Below, piece by piece: positions 28,640 through 42,299 of a stretch of DNA of 64,000 nt. The notes beneath the pieces are model-generated. The model did no database searches and was not told the origin of the DNA. It worked only from the letters and a program-made list of their open reading frames with translations. Within the stretch, counting starts at the first letter, position 1; every line of letters starts with the position of its first letter. Made by a program: the position numbers and the translations under genes. Origin of the DNA: Eledone cirrhosa (Eukaryota); contig OZ024741.1 of NCBI GenBank assembly GCA_964016885.1, forward strand, positions 273,730,001 to 273,794,000, read 5' to 3'.

Positions 28640-28727
28640 ATATTACATATGTTTCACTGTCGATCAGCTCGAGGAACGATCTATTAATGATCGAACCTGA
28701 CTCTGGAATCAGAAGCTCCTCAGATAT
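28640..28727 (-). ncRNA. Type I hammerhead with branched 61-nt domain II
   Basis: rc: ATAT CTGAGGA [61 nt] GAAA CATATG TA ATAT; intact core, palindromic loop 3, 4-bp helix I. Confidence 0.65.
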
Positions 28728-28866
28728 GTTTTAACATATGGATGCGAGTAATTTTTGTTTTTCTCTCTGGTGTCCTTTCACACCCTGTGATTGAAAACAT
28801 ACATTTCGTGTTATATATATATATATATCCCGCCCGTCCCCTCAATCAATCTTATTTCTCATACTT

Positions 28867-28902
28867 TCTTCTGATGAAGGACTAGCGTCCGAAACTCTAA
28901 GA
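28867..28902 (+). ncRNA. Minimal hammerhead, family B, cleavage-site region mutated
   Basis: TCTT CTGATGA A GGAC TAGC GTCC GAAA CTCT AAGA in pLTR-like repeat 28830-28990. Confidence 0.55.
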
Positions 28903-29027
28903 CCCTCTTCCTGCTATTTCAAGCGTTAACCTAATATATACCTTCCATATACTGTACCTAGTGTGTTGATATTTCTGTTGACCTTTTACACACACACACA
29001 TCCTCAGTTTTATATATATAGATATAG

Positions 29028-29091
<64 letters not shown>

Positions 29092-29293
29092 GAAAATGTT
29101 TAACCCCGACGGCAGAGCTCAATTCCTATTACACACTCTACTATCCTAAGTATTGAGTACTCTGGTGCGTGATGGTCCATCTGGTTCCTTACCACACTTC
29201 CTTCGTTATATATTCATATATGTATATATTATATATATATATACATATATATATATAATATATATATATGTGTGTATATACTGTATATATATA

Positions 29294-29475
29294 AATAATT
29301 GTTTCTACTTTAGGTACAAGGCCAGCAATTACCCAGTACATTACTGGTACTTTATTTTATCGACCCCGTAACGATGAAAGGCAAAGTTAACCTCGGCGGG
29401 ATTTGAACTCAGGGCGTAAAGGGACGTAACTGTGCTAGAAACCATGGCGTCCAGCCTTCTACCGATACTGCCAAT
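29294..29475 (-). mobile_element. tRNA-headed SINE
   Basis: Core, tail and B-box present. Confidence 0.88.
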
Positions 29476-29933
29476 TATAAATAATATAATATATATATAT
29501 TATATATACCTATATATACATATAGACAATAACACGAATTGGCGCGAAATTTATTTTAATACCGCTGGAGCCACTTTTTTCACATAAAAACAGGTAGAAT
29601 TTCCAAAACTAATCAGATGAGAGCAAACAATCACAGGCGCTCTATCTCAAAATTATTTTTGAAAAGCATTAGAAATGCGCAACCGGTAAAACTTAAAACT
29701 AAAACTGAATACTAACCAATACTATTACTAATTCTCACTTATTCCTAATTAAACTATTTTTCACTGTGAACAATTTGTCAGCATTTTCTTTTCCGTTTAC
29801 CAATATATATATATATATATATATACTTTGGGAGGGTCATGCTGCCAATAAAAACACATGCACCTGTTGAATTTTACTTCAATTTATTATAAATTTCCTT
29901 TTAGTTCGATAACCGGAAGGTTATATATATATT

Positions 29934-29976
29934 GTCAAACCTCTTTCGTCACACATTCTGGGACCTCCTCAGTGAC
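29934..29976 (-). ncRNA. Minimal hammerhead, family A, in PLE 3'-end fragment 29826-30020
   Basis: rc: GTCA CTGAGGA GGTCCCAGAATGTGTGAC GAAA GAGG TT TGAC. Confidence 0.6.
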
Positions 29977-30368
29977 TACTTTGTTATTTATCGTCCCTCC
30001 TTTGTTCTGTCCTATACCATCGCCAGGCTAACATTCTAAGGGGGCATTCTAAACCTCAAAGAATTTTTGGACGAAATTATTTTGTTAAATTTTTTGTGAA
30101 AAATCAGTTTTGTTCTTTGTTCTTGTTTTGAGAATAAAAGTTAATAAGGTCATATATTCTATCTTGGAAGGGATGTATAGATCTGAGTGTTCACCATTGA
30201 AAATTAGGGGGTAGGTGGGAAGTGCCCTCCAGTGCACCCCCTTGAAAACGAATCCGAGGTAATGGCAAAAAACTTTTTGTTCTTGTTTTGAGAATAAAAG
30301 TTAGTAAGGTCATATCTTCTGTCTAGAAAGGGATTTATAAATCTCAGTGTAAAGTAGGCGGTAGGGGG

Positions 30369-30675
30369 AAGGGCCGGATTTAATAGAGGAGGGGCAATTT
30401 CCCTGTGCCTCCCTGCAGTGCGGGGAGGGGGGGAGGGGCACCAGCGACAGCCGTAGCAATTTATTTGTGCCCTCAGCTAGGCTTTTTAGGTGTAGGATGT
30501 TGGAATTTTTGAATTTATTACCTGTATGTAAAAACATTTCAATTCCAATTACTTCCGCCAAGCTAACTTTCATATGTAAAATTATGGATTTGCTGTGCAT
30601 TCGAATTTTTCATGTATGTACCCCTCCACTCCAACCTGAAATACCCCGGGCCCCCTAAGATCTAAATCCAGCCAT
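30369..30675. mobile_element. Candidate MITE with short TIRs
   Basis: GGCCGGATTTA ... TAAATCCAGCC with G/C-run subtermini; no clear TSD. Confidence 0.45.
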
Positions 30676-30809
30676 GGAAGGGAGGAGGCAATGGTAAATA
30701 ACATTTTGGTCAAGATTTCACTCAGATCGATCTGGAAGCTTGAGAATTGTAAAGCCAACTTCTGAAATATTTATCCCTGCAGAGACCGCTGACACACAGA
30801 ACACAATGA

Positions 30810-32045
30810 GAAAAAACAACGACGACAACAACAACAACAACAGCAACAGCAAACAAAAACAACAACTGCAACAACGACAACAACAACAGCAACAACCACA
30901 GCATCAACAGCAATGACATCAACAGCAACAACGACGACAACAACAGCAGTATCAACAACACCAACAACAAAAACAACAACTACTACTACTACAAGAAGAA
31001 GAAGAAGAAGAAGAAGAAGAATTACGACAACAACGACAACAACACCAACAACAACAGCAACAAGAACGACGACAACAATAACAACAACAGCAACAACAAC
31101 AATAACGACAGCAGTAATATCAACAACAGCAGCAGCAACAACAAGAACAACAGCAACAACGACGACAACAAGAACAACAGCAACAACGACGACAACAACA
31201 ACAACAGCAACAACAACAACACCGCCACCAACAACACCACCACCACCACCACCACCACAACCGCCACCACCACAACCAACACCACCACCAACACCAACAC
31301 CACCACCACCAACACCACCACCAACACCACTACTACCCGCATCACCAACACCACCACCACAACAACAACACCACCACCACCAACACCATCACCAACACCA
31401 CCACTACCCCCATCACCACCACCACCACCACCACCAACACCACCCACCACCAACACCATCACCAACACCACCACCACCCACCACCAACACCACCATCACC
31501 AACCACCACCAACACCATCACCACCACCATCACACCACCACCACTACCACCACCAGCACCACCACCACCACCACCACAACAACAACACCACCACCACTAC
31601 CACCGCCATCACCACCACCACCACCAGCACCACCAGCAACACCACCACCACCACCACAACAACACCACCACCACTACCACCACCACCACCACCACCACCA
31701 CCACCACAACAACACCACCACCACTACCACCACCACCACCACCACCACACCACCACCACTACCACCACCAGCACCACCACCACCACCACAACAACAACAA
31801 CACCACCACCACTACCACCGCCATCACCACCACCACCACCAGCACCACCAGCAACACCACCACCACCACCACAACAACAACAACACCACCACCACTACCA
31901 CCACCACCACCACCACCACCACCACCACCACAACAACACGACCACCACCACTACCACCACCACCACCACCACCACCACCACCACCACCACCACAACAACA
32001 CGACCACCACCACTACCACCACCACCACCACCACCACAACAACAA
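30810..32045. repeat. (CAA)n/(CAC)n low-complexity repeat
   Basis: Triplet runs. Confidence 0.9.
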
Positions 32046-32347
32046 TAAACTGAATCATTTGAGGTGCCAGGCTGCTGAAGACGTCTTGTAAACGAGAAAT
32101 GTCCAAAAGAGGGAAGAAATGTTTTTTTCTCTCTCCACGTTTTACTGTTATTCTCGCTTACCATACATTGCTACACGTGCTTATCTATACACCACCGTAT
32201 GTATGTATGTGTGTATGTATGTATGTATGTATGTATGTATGTATGTATGTATGTATGTACGTATGTATGTATATATGCAGGTATGTACGTATGTATGTAC
32301 GTATGTCTTTTATGTTTGTATGTTCATATATATGTATGTATATATGT

Positions 32348-32756
32348 ATGAGAGATGACCCCTTAGCCTTTGTCAAGGCAGAATTCTAGGAGAAGGAAAA
32401 CTCTGATATAACACCTGCAACCCTGATGGTATCCAATGATGTTGACTTGTTCTTCTTTTTGGTAAATATCATCTTAGTCAAGAGAGTGGGACTGGCTTTG
32501 TGCAGTGCCTTTGCTCACTATAAAAGCTTCACGGCACAGGCATTGCTTTATATCTGGAGCTCTCTCTGCACTTGTCGTCACATGGTACCATGGGCCCAGC
32601 ACTATGTGTCAATAATTGTCACAAGTGTAGTGTTTGTACCAGAGTTTTCAAGTCGCTGGCCGGACTGAAAAGTCACACTCGTTCATTGCATCGGTAGGGG
32701 TTCTCCTACATGGATATAAAGTAGTGGCCGTACTCGAAAACGAGTTGGCAGCCACC

Positions 32757-32758
<2 letters not shown>
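32348..32758 (+). mobile_element. RTE-derived non-autonomous element with (ATGT)n tail
   Basis: CTAGGAGAAGGAAAACTCTGA motif; KCSVCTRVFKSLAGLKSHTR remnant. Confidence 0.8.
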
Positions 32759-32789
<31 letters not shown>

Positions 32790-32880
32790 TGTATGTATGT
32801 ATGTATGTATATCTTTCTATATGTATGTTATGTCCGCATGTATGCATGTATGTATGCATGTATGTATGTGTTATATCTGA

Positions 32881-32951
<71 letters not shown>

Positions 32952-33205
32952 TATGTATCCATATATACACAAAATACACTCATATATATATAAATACATA
33001 CATGAGTGCATGCATAAATAAATACATGTCATATACAACCACATAGACACACACACAAACGCAAACACACACACACGCACACACACACAGACACTCACAC
33101 ACTCACACCTTCACACACGCACGCACTCACACACATGTGAAGACAAGCAATGATGTATGTATATAAATAAATGTATACATCTAATACGTAGATAAATACA
33201 TACAC

Positions 33206-33260
<55 letters not shown>

Positions 33261-33502
33261 AGTGTGTGTGTGTGCGGGTGTGTGTATATATATATGTATA
33301 TATATATATGTGTGTGTGTGAGTGTATGTTTATATAATTATGTATGTATAAATGCTTGTATATATCTATATTTACACGCACGTACATTCACACACACTCA
33401 CACACACACACACACATATATATATATGCATGTATATATATAGATATATACAAACATCTACACATACTTAGTTATATAAACAATATATATATATACAAAT
33501 GC

Positions 33503-33569
<67 letters not shown>

Positions 33570-33607
33570 TTTGTATATATATATATATATATATACATAC
33601 ACACACG

Positions 33608-33673
<66 letters not shown>

Positions 33674-33812
33674 TATGGAAGTGTGGTTGAGGGTTGCCTC
33701 CAATGTATATTATTTCCATCTCATTTATCCGTGGTTTATTTTGGTTCGGATGTAGTCAACACAAATGCACCAAGGTTAAAAACACAAGAACACACACACA
33801 CACAGACACATG

Positions 33813-33891
<79 letters not shown>

Positions 33892-33935
33892 ACTAGTCCC
33901 TATAGGTTGTGAAAATACACACAAACAAACATATA

Positions 33936-34014
<79 letters not shown>

Positions 34015-34067
34015 GTATATATATATGTATATATATGTATATATATATATATATGTATATATATGTG

Positions 34068-34100
<33 letters not shown>

Positions 34101-34190
34101 GTGTATATACATGTGTATATATATGTGTATATACATGTGTATATATATGTGTATATATATATGTATATATATATATATGTGTGTATATAC

Positions 34191-34250
<60 letters not shown>

Positions 34251-34418
34251 CTCTCTCTCTATCTATATATATATACGTATATATTTATATATATATATAT
34301 ATATACGTATATATATATATAAATGAAAAGTATAGAAATTATTATGAGCAAGAAGCACAAGAGTATTTCATAATATTTATATATATATATACATATATAT
34401 AACATATATATATAATAT

Positions 34419-34638
<220 letters not shown>

Positions 34639-35022
34639 AGGTGTGTTTGGGTGTGAATGTGTGTGTGGACGCATACATAATTACTTTTGATATCTAGGCG
34701 CATCTCGAAAGTTTTTACCAGGCCTTGGGAAGAGGTTGATGTTGATGATGATGGTGGTAGGAGGGGGAGGGGAGGATGGATAAGGAGGAGGAGGAGTAGG
34801 AGGGGAAAAGAAGAAGAAGAAGAAGAAGAAGAAGAAGATGATGATGATGATGATGATGATGACCATGAAGAAGAAATAAAGTGCTTTTGTATATAAGTTT
34901 ATATATACACGTGTATGTGTGTAGATGTATATATATATATATATACACATACACACATACACACATATGCACACATTCATCTACACACATACACGTGTAT
35001 ATATAAACTTATATACAAAAGC

Positions 35023-35073
<51 letters not shown>

Positions 35074-36431
35074 AGAGAGAGAGAGAGTGATAGAATGAGA
35101 GAGAGAGGAGATTCATTTGTACATAGAAACACACATACATGGACACACACTCACACAAACACAGACACACACACATATATATATATATTTATGTATATGT
35201 GTGTGTGTGTAAATATGTATGCATTGATGTATGTAAGTTTGTGTGCGTACGCGTGTGTGTGCATGTATGTGTGTGAGTATGTGTTTGTGTATACATGTAT
35301 GTGTGTGTGTGCTCTTGTATATGTGTGTGTTTGTTTATGTGTGTGTGTGTGTATACATGTGTGTGTGTGTGTGTGGTCGTGTGTGTATGCATGTATGTGT
35401 GTGAATGTGTGTGTCGAACAAGCCTGGCCCCAGGCGAGTACTTAGTACGAATGTTGAAATATTTTGCTAAAGCAAGCAACGTATGTCACCGTCCATTTTG
35501 TATGTGTGTGTTATGTGTGTGTGTATGTGTATGAGTGTGTGCGTTTGCTTATGTGTATGTATGAGTGTATGTGTGTATGAGTGTGTGCGTATTGTGTGTG
35601 TGTGTGTGTATGAGTTTGTGTTTGCATGTGTGTATGTGTGTATTGTGTGTGTGTATGAGTGTATGTATATGTTCGTTCGTATGTTTGTGTGTGTGTTGCA
35701 TGCATCTGTGTGTGTTTATGTGTGTGTGTGCATGTTTGTATGTGTGTTTTGTGTGTGTGTGTATCTGTATATTGTATACGTGTGTGTATGAGTGTATGCA
35801 TGTGTTCGTTCGTATGTTTGTGTATGTGTTGCATGCATCTGTGTGTGTGTTTATGTGTGTGTGTGTGTGCATGTTTGTATGTGTGTTTTGTGTGTGTGTG
35901 TGTGTATCTGTATATTGTGTGTGTGTGTGTATGAGTATATGCATGTGTTCGTTCGTATGTTTGTGTATGTGTTGCATACATGTGTGTGTGTGCATGTTTG
36001 TATGTGTGTATTGTATGTGTGTGTAGGACTGTGTGTATGTGTTCGTTTGTATGTATTTGTATGTGTTGCATACATGTGTGTGTGTGCATGTTTGTATGTG
36101 TGTATTGTGTGTATGTGTATGAGTGTTTGTATGTGTTCGTTCGTATGTATGTTTATGTGTTGCATGCATGTGTCTGTGTTATGTGTGTGTGTACTAGTGT
36201 GTGTGTGTATGTGTGTGTATTTGTATGTGTTGCATGTATGTGTGTGTGTATGTGTTCTTTCACATGTGTGTGTGTGTGTTTTGGGTGTGTATGTGCGTAT
36301 GTGTTAGTTTGTATGTGAGTGTATTGCATGTATGTGTGTTTAGTGTGACGGTATGTGTCTGTGTGTGTGTGTATGTGTGTGTGGCGTGTGTCATTGAAGT
36401 TGGGGAGGGGAGAGCAGGTGAAAGTGTGCAG

Positions 36432-38170
36432 TGATGGTGGCGTTGTTGTAGCTGTTGTTGTTATTGTTGGTGATGGTGGTGATGATAATGATGGTGGTGG
36501 TGCTGGTGGTGATGGTGGTGATGGTGGTGGTGGTGGTGATGGTGATGGTGGTAGTGGTGGTGTTGGTGGTGGTAGTGGTGGTGTTTGTGGTGGTGTTGAT
36601 GTTGCTGGTGGTGGGGCTGATGGTGGTGGTGATGATGATGATGGTGGTGGTACTGGTGGTGATGGTGGTGGTGGTGGTGATGGTGATGGTGGTAGTGGTG
36701 GTGTTGGTGGCGTTGGTGATGGTGGTAGTGTTGGTATTGGCGGTGGTGATGATGGTGGTGGTGATGGTGGTAGTGGTGGTGTTTGCGGTGTTGGTGATGG
36801 TGGTAGTGGTGGTATTGGTGGTGTTGGTGATGGTGGTAGTGGTGGTGTTGTTGGTGGTGTTGGTGATGGTGGTAGTGGTGGTATTGGCGGTGGTGATGAT
36901 GGTGGTGGTGATGGTGGTAGTGGTGGTGATGATGGTGGTGGTGATGGTGGTAGTGGTGGTATTGGCGGTGGTGATGATGGTGGTGGTGATGGTGGTAGTG
37001 GTGGTATTTGCGGTGGTGGTGATGGTGGTAGTGATGGTGTTGGTGGTGGTGGTGATGGCGGTAGTGATGGTGTTGGTGGTGGTGGTGATGGCGGTAGTGG
37101 TGGTCTTGGTGGTGTTGGTGATGGTGGTAGTGGTGGTCTTGGTGGTCTTGGTGATGGTGGTAGTGGTGGTCTTGGTGGTGGTGGTGATGGCGGTAGTGGT
37201 GGTGTTGGTGGTGTTGGTGATGGCGGTAGTGGTGGTCTTGGTGGTGTTGGTGATGGTGGTAGTGGTGGTCTTGGTGGTGGTGGTGATGGTGGTAGTGGTG
37301 GTGTTGGTGGTGGTGGTGATGGCGGTAGTGGTGGTCTTGGTGGTGTTGGTGATGGTGGTAGTGGTGGTCTTGGTGGTGGTGGTGATGGCGGTAGTGGTGG
37401 TGTTGGTGGTGGTGGTGATGGCGGTAGTGGTGGTCTTGGTGGTGTTGGTGATGGTGGTAGTGGTGGTCTTGGTGGTGTTGGTGATGGTGGTAGTGGTGGT
37501 CTTGGTGGTGGTGGTGATGGCGGTAGTGGTGGTGTTGGTGGTGTTGGTGATGGTGGTAGTGGTGGTCTTGGTGGTGTTGGTGATGGTGGTAGTGGTGGTC
37601 TTGGTGGTGGTGGTGATGGCGGTAGTGGTGGTGTTGGTGGTGGTGGTGATGGCGGTAGTGGTGGTCTTGGTGGTGTTGGTGATGGCGGTAGTGGTGGTCT
37701 TGGTGGTGGTGGTGATGGCGGTAGTGGTGGTGTTGGTGGTGTTGGTGATGGTGGTAGTGGTGGTCTTGGTGGTGTTGGTGATGGTGGTAGTGGTGGTCTT
37801 GGTGGTGGTGGTGATGGCGGTAGTGGTGGTGTTGGTGGTGGTGGTGATGGCGGTAGTGGTGGTCTTGGTGGTGTTGGTGATGGCGGTAGTGGTGGTGTTG
37901 GTGGTGTTGGTGATGGTGGTAGTGGTGGTCTTGGTGGTGTTGGTGATGGCGGTAGTGGTGGTGTTGGTGGTGGTGGTGATGGTGGTAGTGGTGGTCTTGG
38001 TGGTGGTGGTGATGGCGGTAGTGGTGGTCTTGGTGGTGGTGGTGATGGCGGTAGTGGTGGTCTTGGTGGTGGTGGTGATGGCGGTAGTGGTGGTGTTGGT
38101 GGTGGTGGTGATGGCGGTAGTGGTGGTGTTGGTGGTGGTGGTGATGGCGGTAGTGGTGGTGTTGGTGGTA
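36432..38170. repeat. GGT-based repeat homogenised into a 33-bp minisatellite
   Basis: GGTGGTG(G/T)TGGTGATGG(C/T)GGTAGTGGTGGT(C/G)TT repeated from about 37030 to 38165. Confidence 0.9.
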
Positions 38171-38455
38171 GTGTATGCCACTTTGGTCAGTGATTAGTAA
38201 ACAGCGGGAAATCCTCGGAGGGGATGAAGTGGAAGTTGGAAGCCGGAACGAAAGGGCAAGAGAGCCAGAAATCGGACACCAATGCCCTGAAGGAAGGTCA
38301 GTTGTAGTATGAGGGGCGTGGCGGGTAGGGGGGAGAGACCGAATACACATACACACTCACATATATGTGTGTGTGAGTATGTGAGTGTGTATGTGTATTC
38401 TGTCTCTCTCCACTTTCCCCTACCCCTCTTATACTTCAATATATATATATTTATA

Positions 38456-38557
<102 letters not shown>

Positions 38558-38573
38558 CATATATATATGTATG

Positions 38574-38641
<68 letters not shown>

Positions 38642-39590
38642 TGTGTGTGTGTGTGCGCATGCGTGTGTATGCACGTATGTTTATATATATATATAGAAAG
38701 AGAGAGAGAGAGGGCTGAAGTGAGGAGAGAGAGAGAGAGAGGAAAGGTCAGAAAGCAGTGTTATAGCCAACCATGATCCTCTATGAGAGGGATATATAAC
38801 TGTTATTTCTAGCAAGCATACAATCACGTAGAGCTGCCACCAACTCAGGTATGACAATTATTTTAATAATATAGTACCAGTAACGCACTGGGATCAATTT
38901 CATTAACTTTCTCCTTTCTATAAATCAGATAGGGCTGCCTTTCATCCTTACGGTCTCGATAAAATAAAGTACCAGTAATGCACTGGGGTAATTGCTGGCC
39001 TTGTACCAAAAGTAGAAACAATTATTTCTAATAATAAAGTACCAGTAACACACTGGGGTCGATTTGATCGACTTTCTCCTTCCTCAAACTTACACAGGGC
39101 TATTAATTCTAATAATGAAATACCAGTAATGCACTGGGGTCGATAAAATAAAGTACCAGTAATGCACTGGTGTCGATTTAATCGACTATCCCCTTCCCGC
39201 TACTTTGATATGACTATTATTTCTAATAGACGAATGTTATAACATAGAGATGCAATATTTGTCTCGTTAAGCTGGTCTCTTTTAAAACTACCAAGATTTG
39301 TGGAACAATATATGGTCTAGATCAGGCTTTCCTAACCTTTTTTGCGTCCTTGCCCGCTTTCACATGGAAAAATTCTCCACCGCCCACCTGTATAACAAAT
39401 ATTCCAAAGCATACCAAAATATGTTTGGTAAAAGTTTGTTACTGGTTCGTTATCCCCATTTAGCCTCCTGTTTTCTTTTTCTTTTATATAAAAGTTCTTT
39501 GCATATCTCATTTGAATATTGATTTTGGGTAGCATATGTTGAAATACCTTCTTGATATTCAAAATACTATATCATCTACCAAATTTCCTA

Positions 39591-39745
39591 TTACACAACA
39601 GTTGGTTCACCATACCGAGAACAATTGTTTCACCTTAGCGGATTAATTTTCACCAGCTTTCATCAGCTCGTAAGATTACGAGCTGAGGATCCGCAAAGGT
39701 GAAACAATTGTTCTCGATATGGTGAACTAACTGTTGTGTAACCAC

Positions 39746-39750
<5 letters not shown>
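39591..39750. mobile_element. Fold-back element, family E, HHR on both strands
   Basis: + HHR 39679-39716 CGAG CTGAGGA TCCGCAAAGGT GAAA CAATTG TT CTCG; minus HHR 39616-39670 with 17-nt insertion; same family as 50829-51159. Confidence 0.8.
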
Positions 39751-39805
<55 letters not shown>

Positions 39806-40312
39806 TATAAATAACAATCAAAGAGTGTTTAAAACATTTAATCACTTACGATCCTTGCACAAGGCCGGATTCATCGGAGTATATAATTGTTTCTACGTTA
39901 GGCAGTGCATTACTGGTACTTTATTTTATCGACCTATATAATAAAGGTTAAAACAAATATAATATCAGATGTTTGTCATCAGAACATTAGGAGGATACAT
40001 AATATGGGAAGTAAGGATAAGTATCAACATTTATATAAGAAAAGATAGCAAAGATGGAAGAAGCACATAAAAAATATGAGCATATAATTGCAATAAAATT
40101 AGGAGCAGCTAAAAGCATAAAAAATAAAAAAAAAACATGCTGCTATAGAGAAATATGCTGCTATAGAAAGGTTAAGTATAGTGCAAGATTAAATGTTTTA
40201 AACACTCTTTGATTGTTATTTATAATGTATTTCGGTTCTGTAATATACTTGTTTTACATTGAACTATTCTCATACTTGTAATTGGATGATATTTAATATT
40301 ATCCACATTATA

Positions 40313-40376
<64 letters not shown>

Positions 40377-40418
40377 TTCAAAATAATAACAAAAATAGAC
40401 ATTCGTGTGATCAAGTAT

Positions 40419-40483
40419 ATTTTATTATACATATTTCAGAGGTACTGAGCTATCTTCAACAGTACGTCCTCATCAGATAAAAT
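40419..40483 (-). ncRNA. Minimal hammerhead in the 3' pLTR
   Basis: rc: ATTTTAT CTGATGA GGACGTACTG..CAGTACCTCT GAAA TATGTA TA ATAAAAT. Confidence 0.75.
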
Positions 40484-42115
40484 AAGATGATGCATGACAT
40501 ACCCTGACTTAGTAGATGGTTAAGATTCAGTCATGGTAGTGCATAAGATATAACAAAACTCAATATTTATATACCTTAAGATTGAGACATGAAAAAATTT
40601 ACATATAATATAGAGGGTGCGTGTGAGAAAGTTTAAAAATACATAATAGCAATTTACATAACTGTTAGAGATTCAAATAATTTAAATTATTGAAGAAAGA
40701 AGAAAGAAAGAAGAAAGTCAGAGAGAAACAGATGAGGAAAAAATATAGTTACTAGAAGTATAGAAAGCAAAAGAGAATTGGTCAAGGATAGAGAGACAAG
40801 GAGGAATAATTTTTATAGCATAAAGCATAGGGAGGGAGATTTGTATTGTGGATGAATAGGGTGTGATTAGATGATGCAAATATATATATATATATATATC
40901 TATATAAATACATGAATATACATTTGGGCATAGCTTTGTGAAAGAGTAAACTCGAATCTTTGAATTATCTTGGAGTATCCATCAATCTAAATATTAAATA
41001 TATCTGGGTGTAATTATATGAGGGTTTAATTTCGAGTCCTTAGTTAATTAGAAATATACTAACAATTAATTATATACACTATATATATCCAAACGTATCC
41101 GGCTGACCGTTAAATTTCGAATCATTTATGTTAGTTCAGAATAATGAATTAATCTAAAGGTATGATAAATTAATCTAAAGGCTATAAATGTTTATAAATA
41201 TCTATATTAATATTAAAGTATACTAACATATTTAATTTATAAAATCATATTTAAAGTATTAGCAAACATGAGAAAGAAGAGACTTAGTATTTTCATCCAC
41301 ACGAAGGTAATCCATATTAAATTATATTATCTTATATTATATTAAACAAATGTTTTTGTTTTTTTTTATATTAAAATAATAATTCTCATTATATAATTTA
41401 GAAAATAATTAGTTATAACTTTAAAAATTTTAAATTAACAATTAGAATTCCCTAAAGTATCTAAAGGCCTTATAATTAAACTTAAAAAAGGGTATTATTA
41501 AATTAGATATACGCATTTGTCTAAATATATACAAAGAGTATATTGTCTAAAGTTCGAGACGATATTAGTCAGTTATACATAACATAACATAATATAATAT
41601 AATAAATAAGTTACTGTTAATATTGTTAAAATTAAGGTTTTAGATCAATTATTATATTAGGATCATGTAATACATATATACTATAAATATACAAATCAAA
41701 CTTCATAAATCATAAGGATAAGAACCAGATTCAAAGTAAATAAGTAAATTGCTTGCGATCATAAAAGTGCCAAATATCTAAGCTATATAATTTAAAAATA
41801 CAAGAAAATTTTTACGGATCTATATTGTAGTATAATATCATATTTAAAGTGTCTGCAAACATGAGAAAGAGAAAACATAAGATTTTCATCGATCCGAAGG
41901 TAAACAGAATTTAATTAAATTAAAAAATAATAATTGTTATATAATTTAGAAAATATTTAACAATTATAACACTATAATGTCCTTAACTATCTAAAGTACT
42001 TATAAATGTAGCTAGAAGCATGTTATTAAACTAGATATTCACATTTGTCCAAATATATACAGAGTATTCTGTTCGGAACTCAAGACGATATTAGTGATCC
42101 ATATACATATAATAA

Positions 42116-42299
42116 ATAATTGTTTCTACTTTAGGCACAAGGCCAGCAATTACCCAGTGCATTACTGGTACTTTATTTTATCGACCCCGTAAGGATGAAA
42201 GGCAAAGTCAACCTCGGCGGGATTTGAACTCAGATCGTAAAGGGACGTAACTATGCTGGAAAGCATGGCGTCCGACCCTCTACCGATACTGCCAATCCA
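42116..42299 (-). mobile_element. SINE inserted in the PLE 3' region with apparent AATAAATA TSD
   Basis: Consensus-like copy; AATAAATA on both sides; absent from the paralogous 41.24-41.83 kb unit. Confidence 0.9.

Noticed and set aside
36355-38193. 612-aa Gly-rich ORF and overlapping His-, Thr- and Val-rich ORFs
   Set aside because: GGT minisatellite lacks stops in several frames; no signal peptide or unique coding context
38190-38310. Possible exon
   Set aside because: Splice-like signals on both strands and no recognisable protein; cannot be decided from sequence alone
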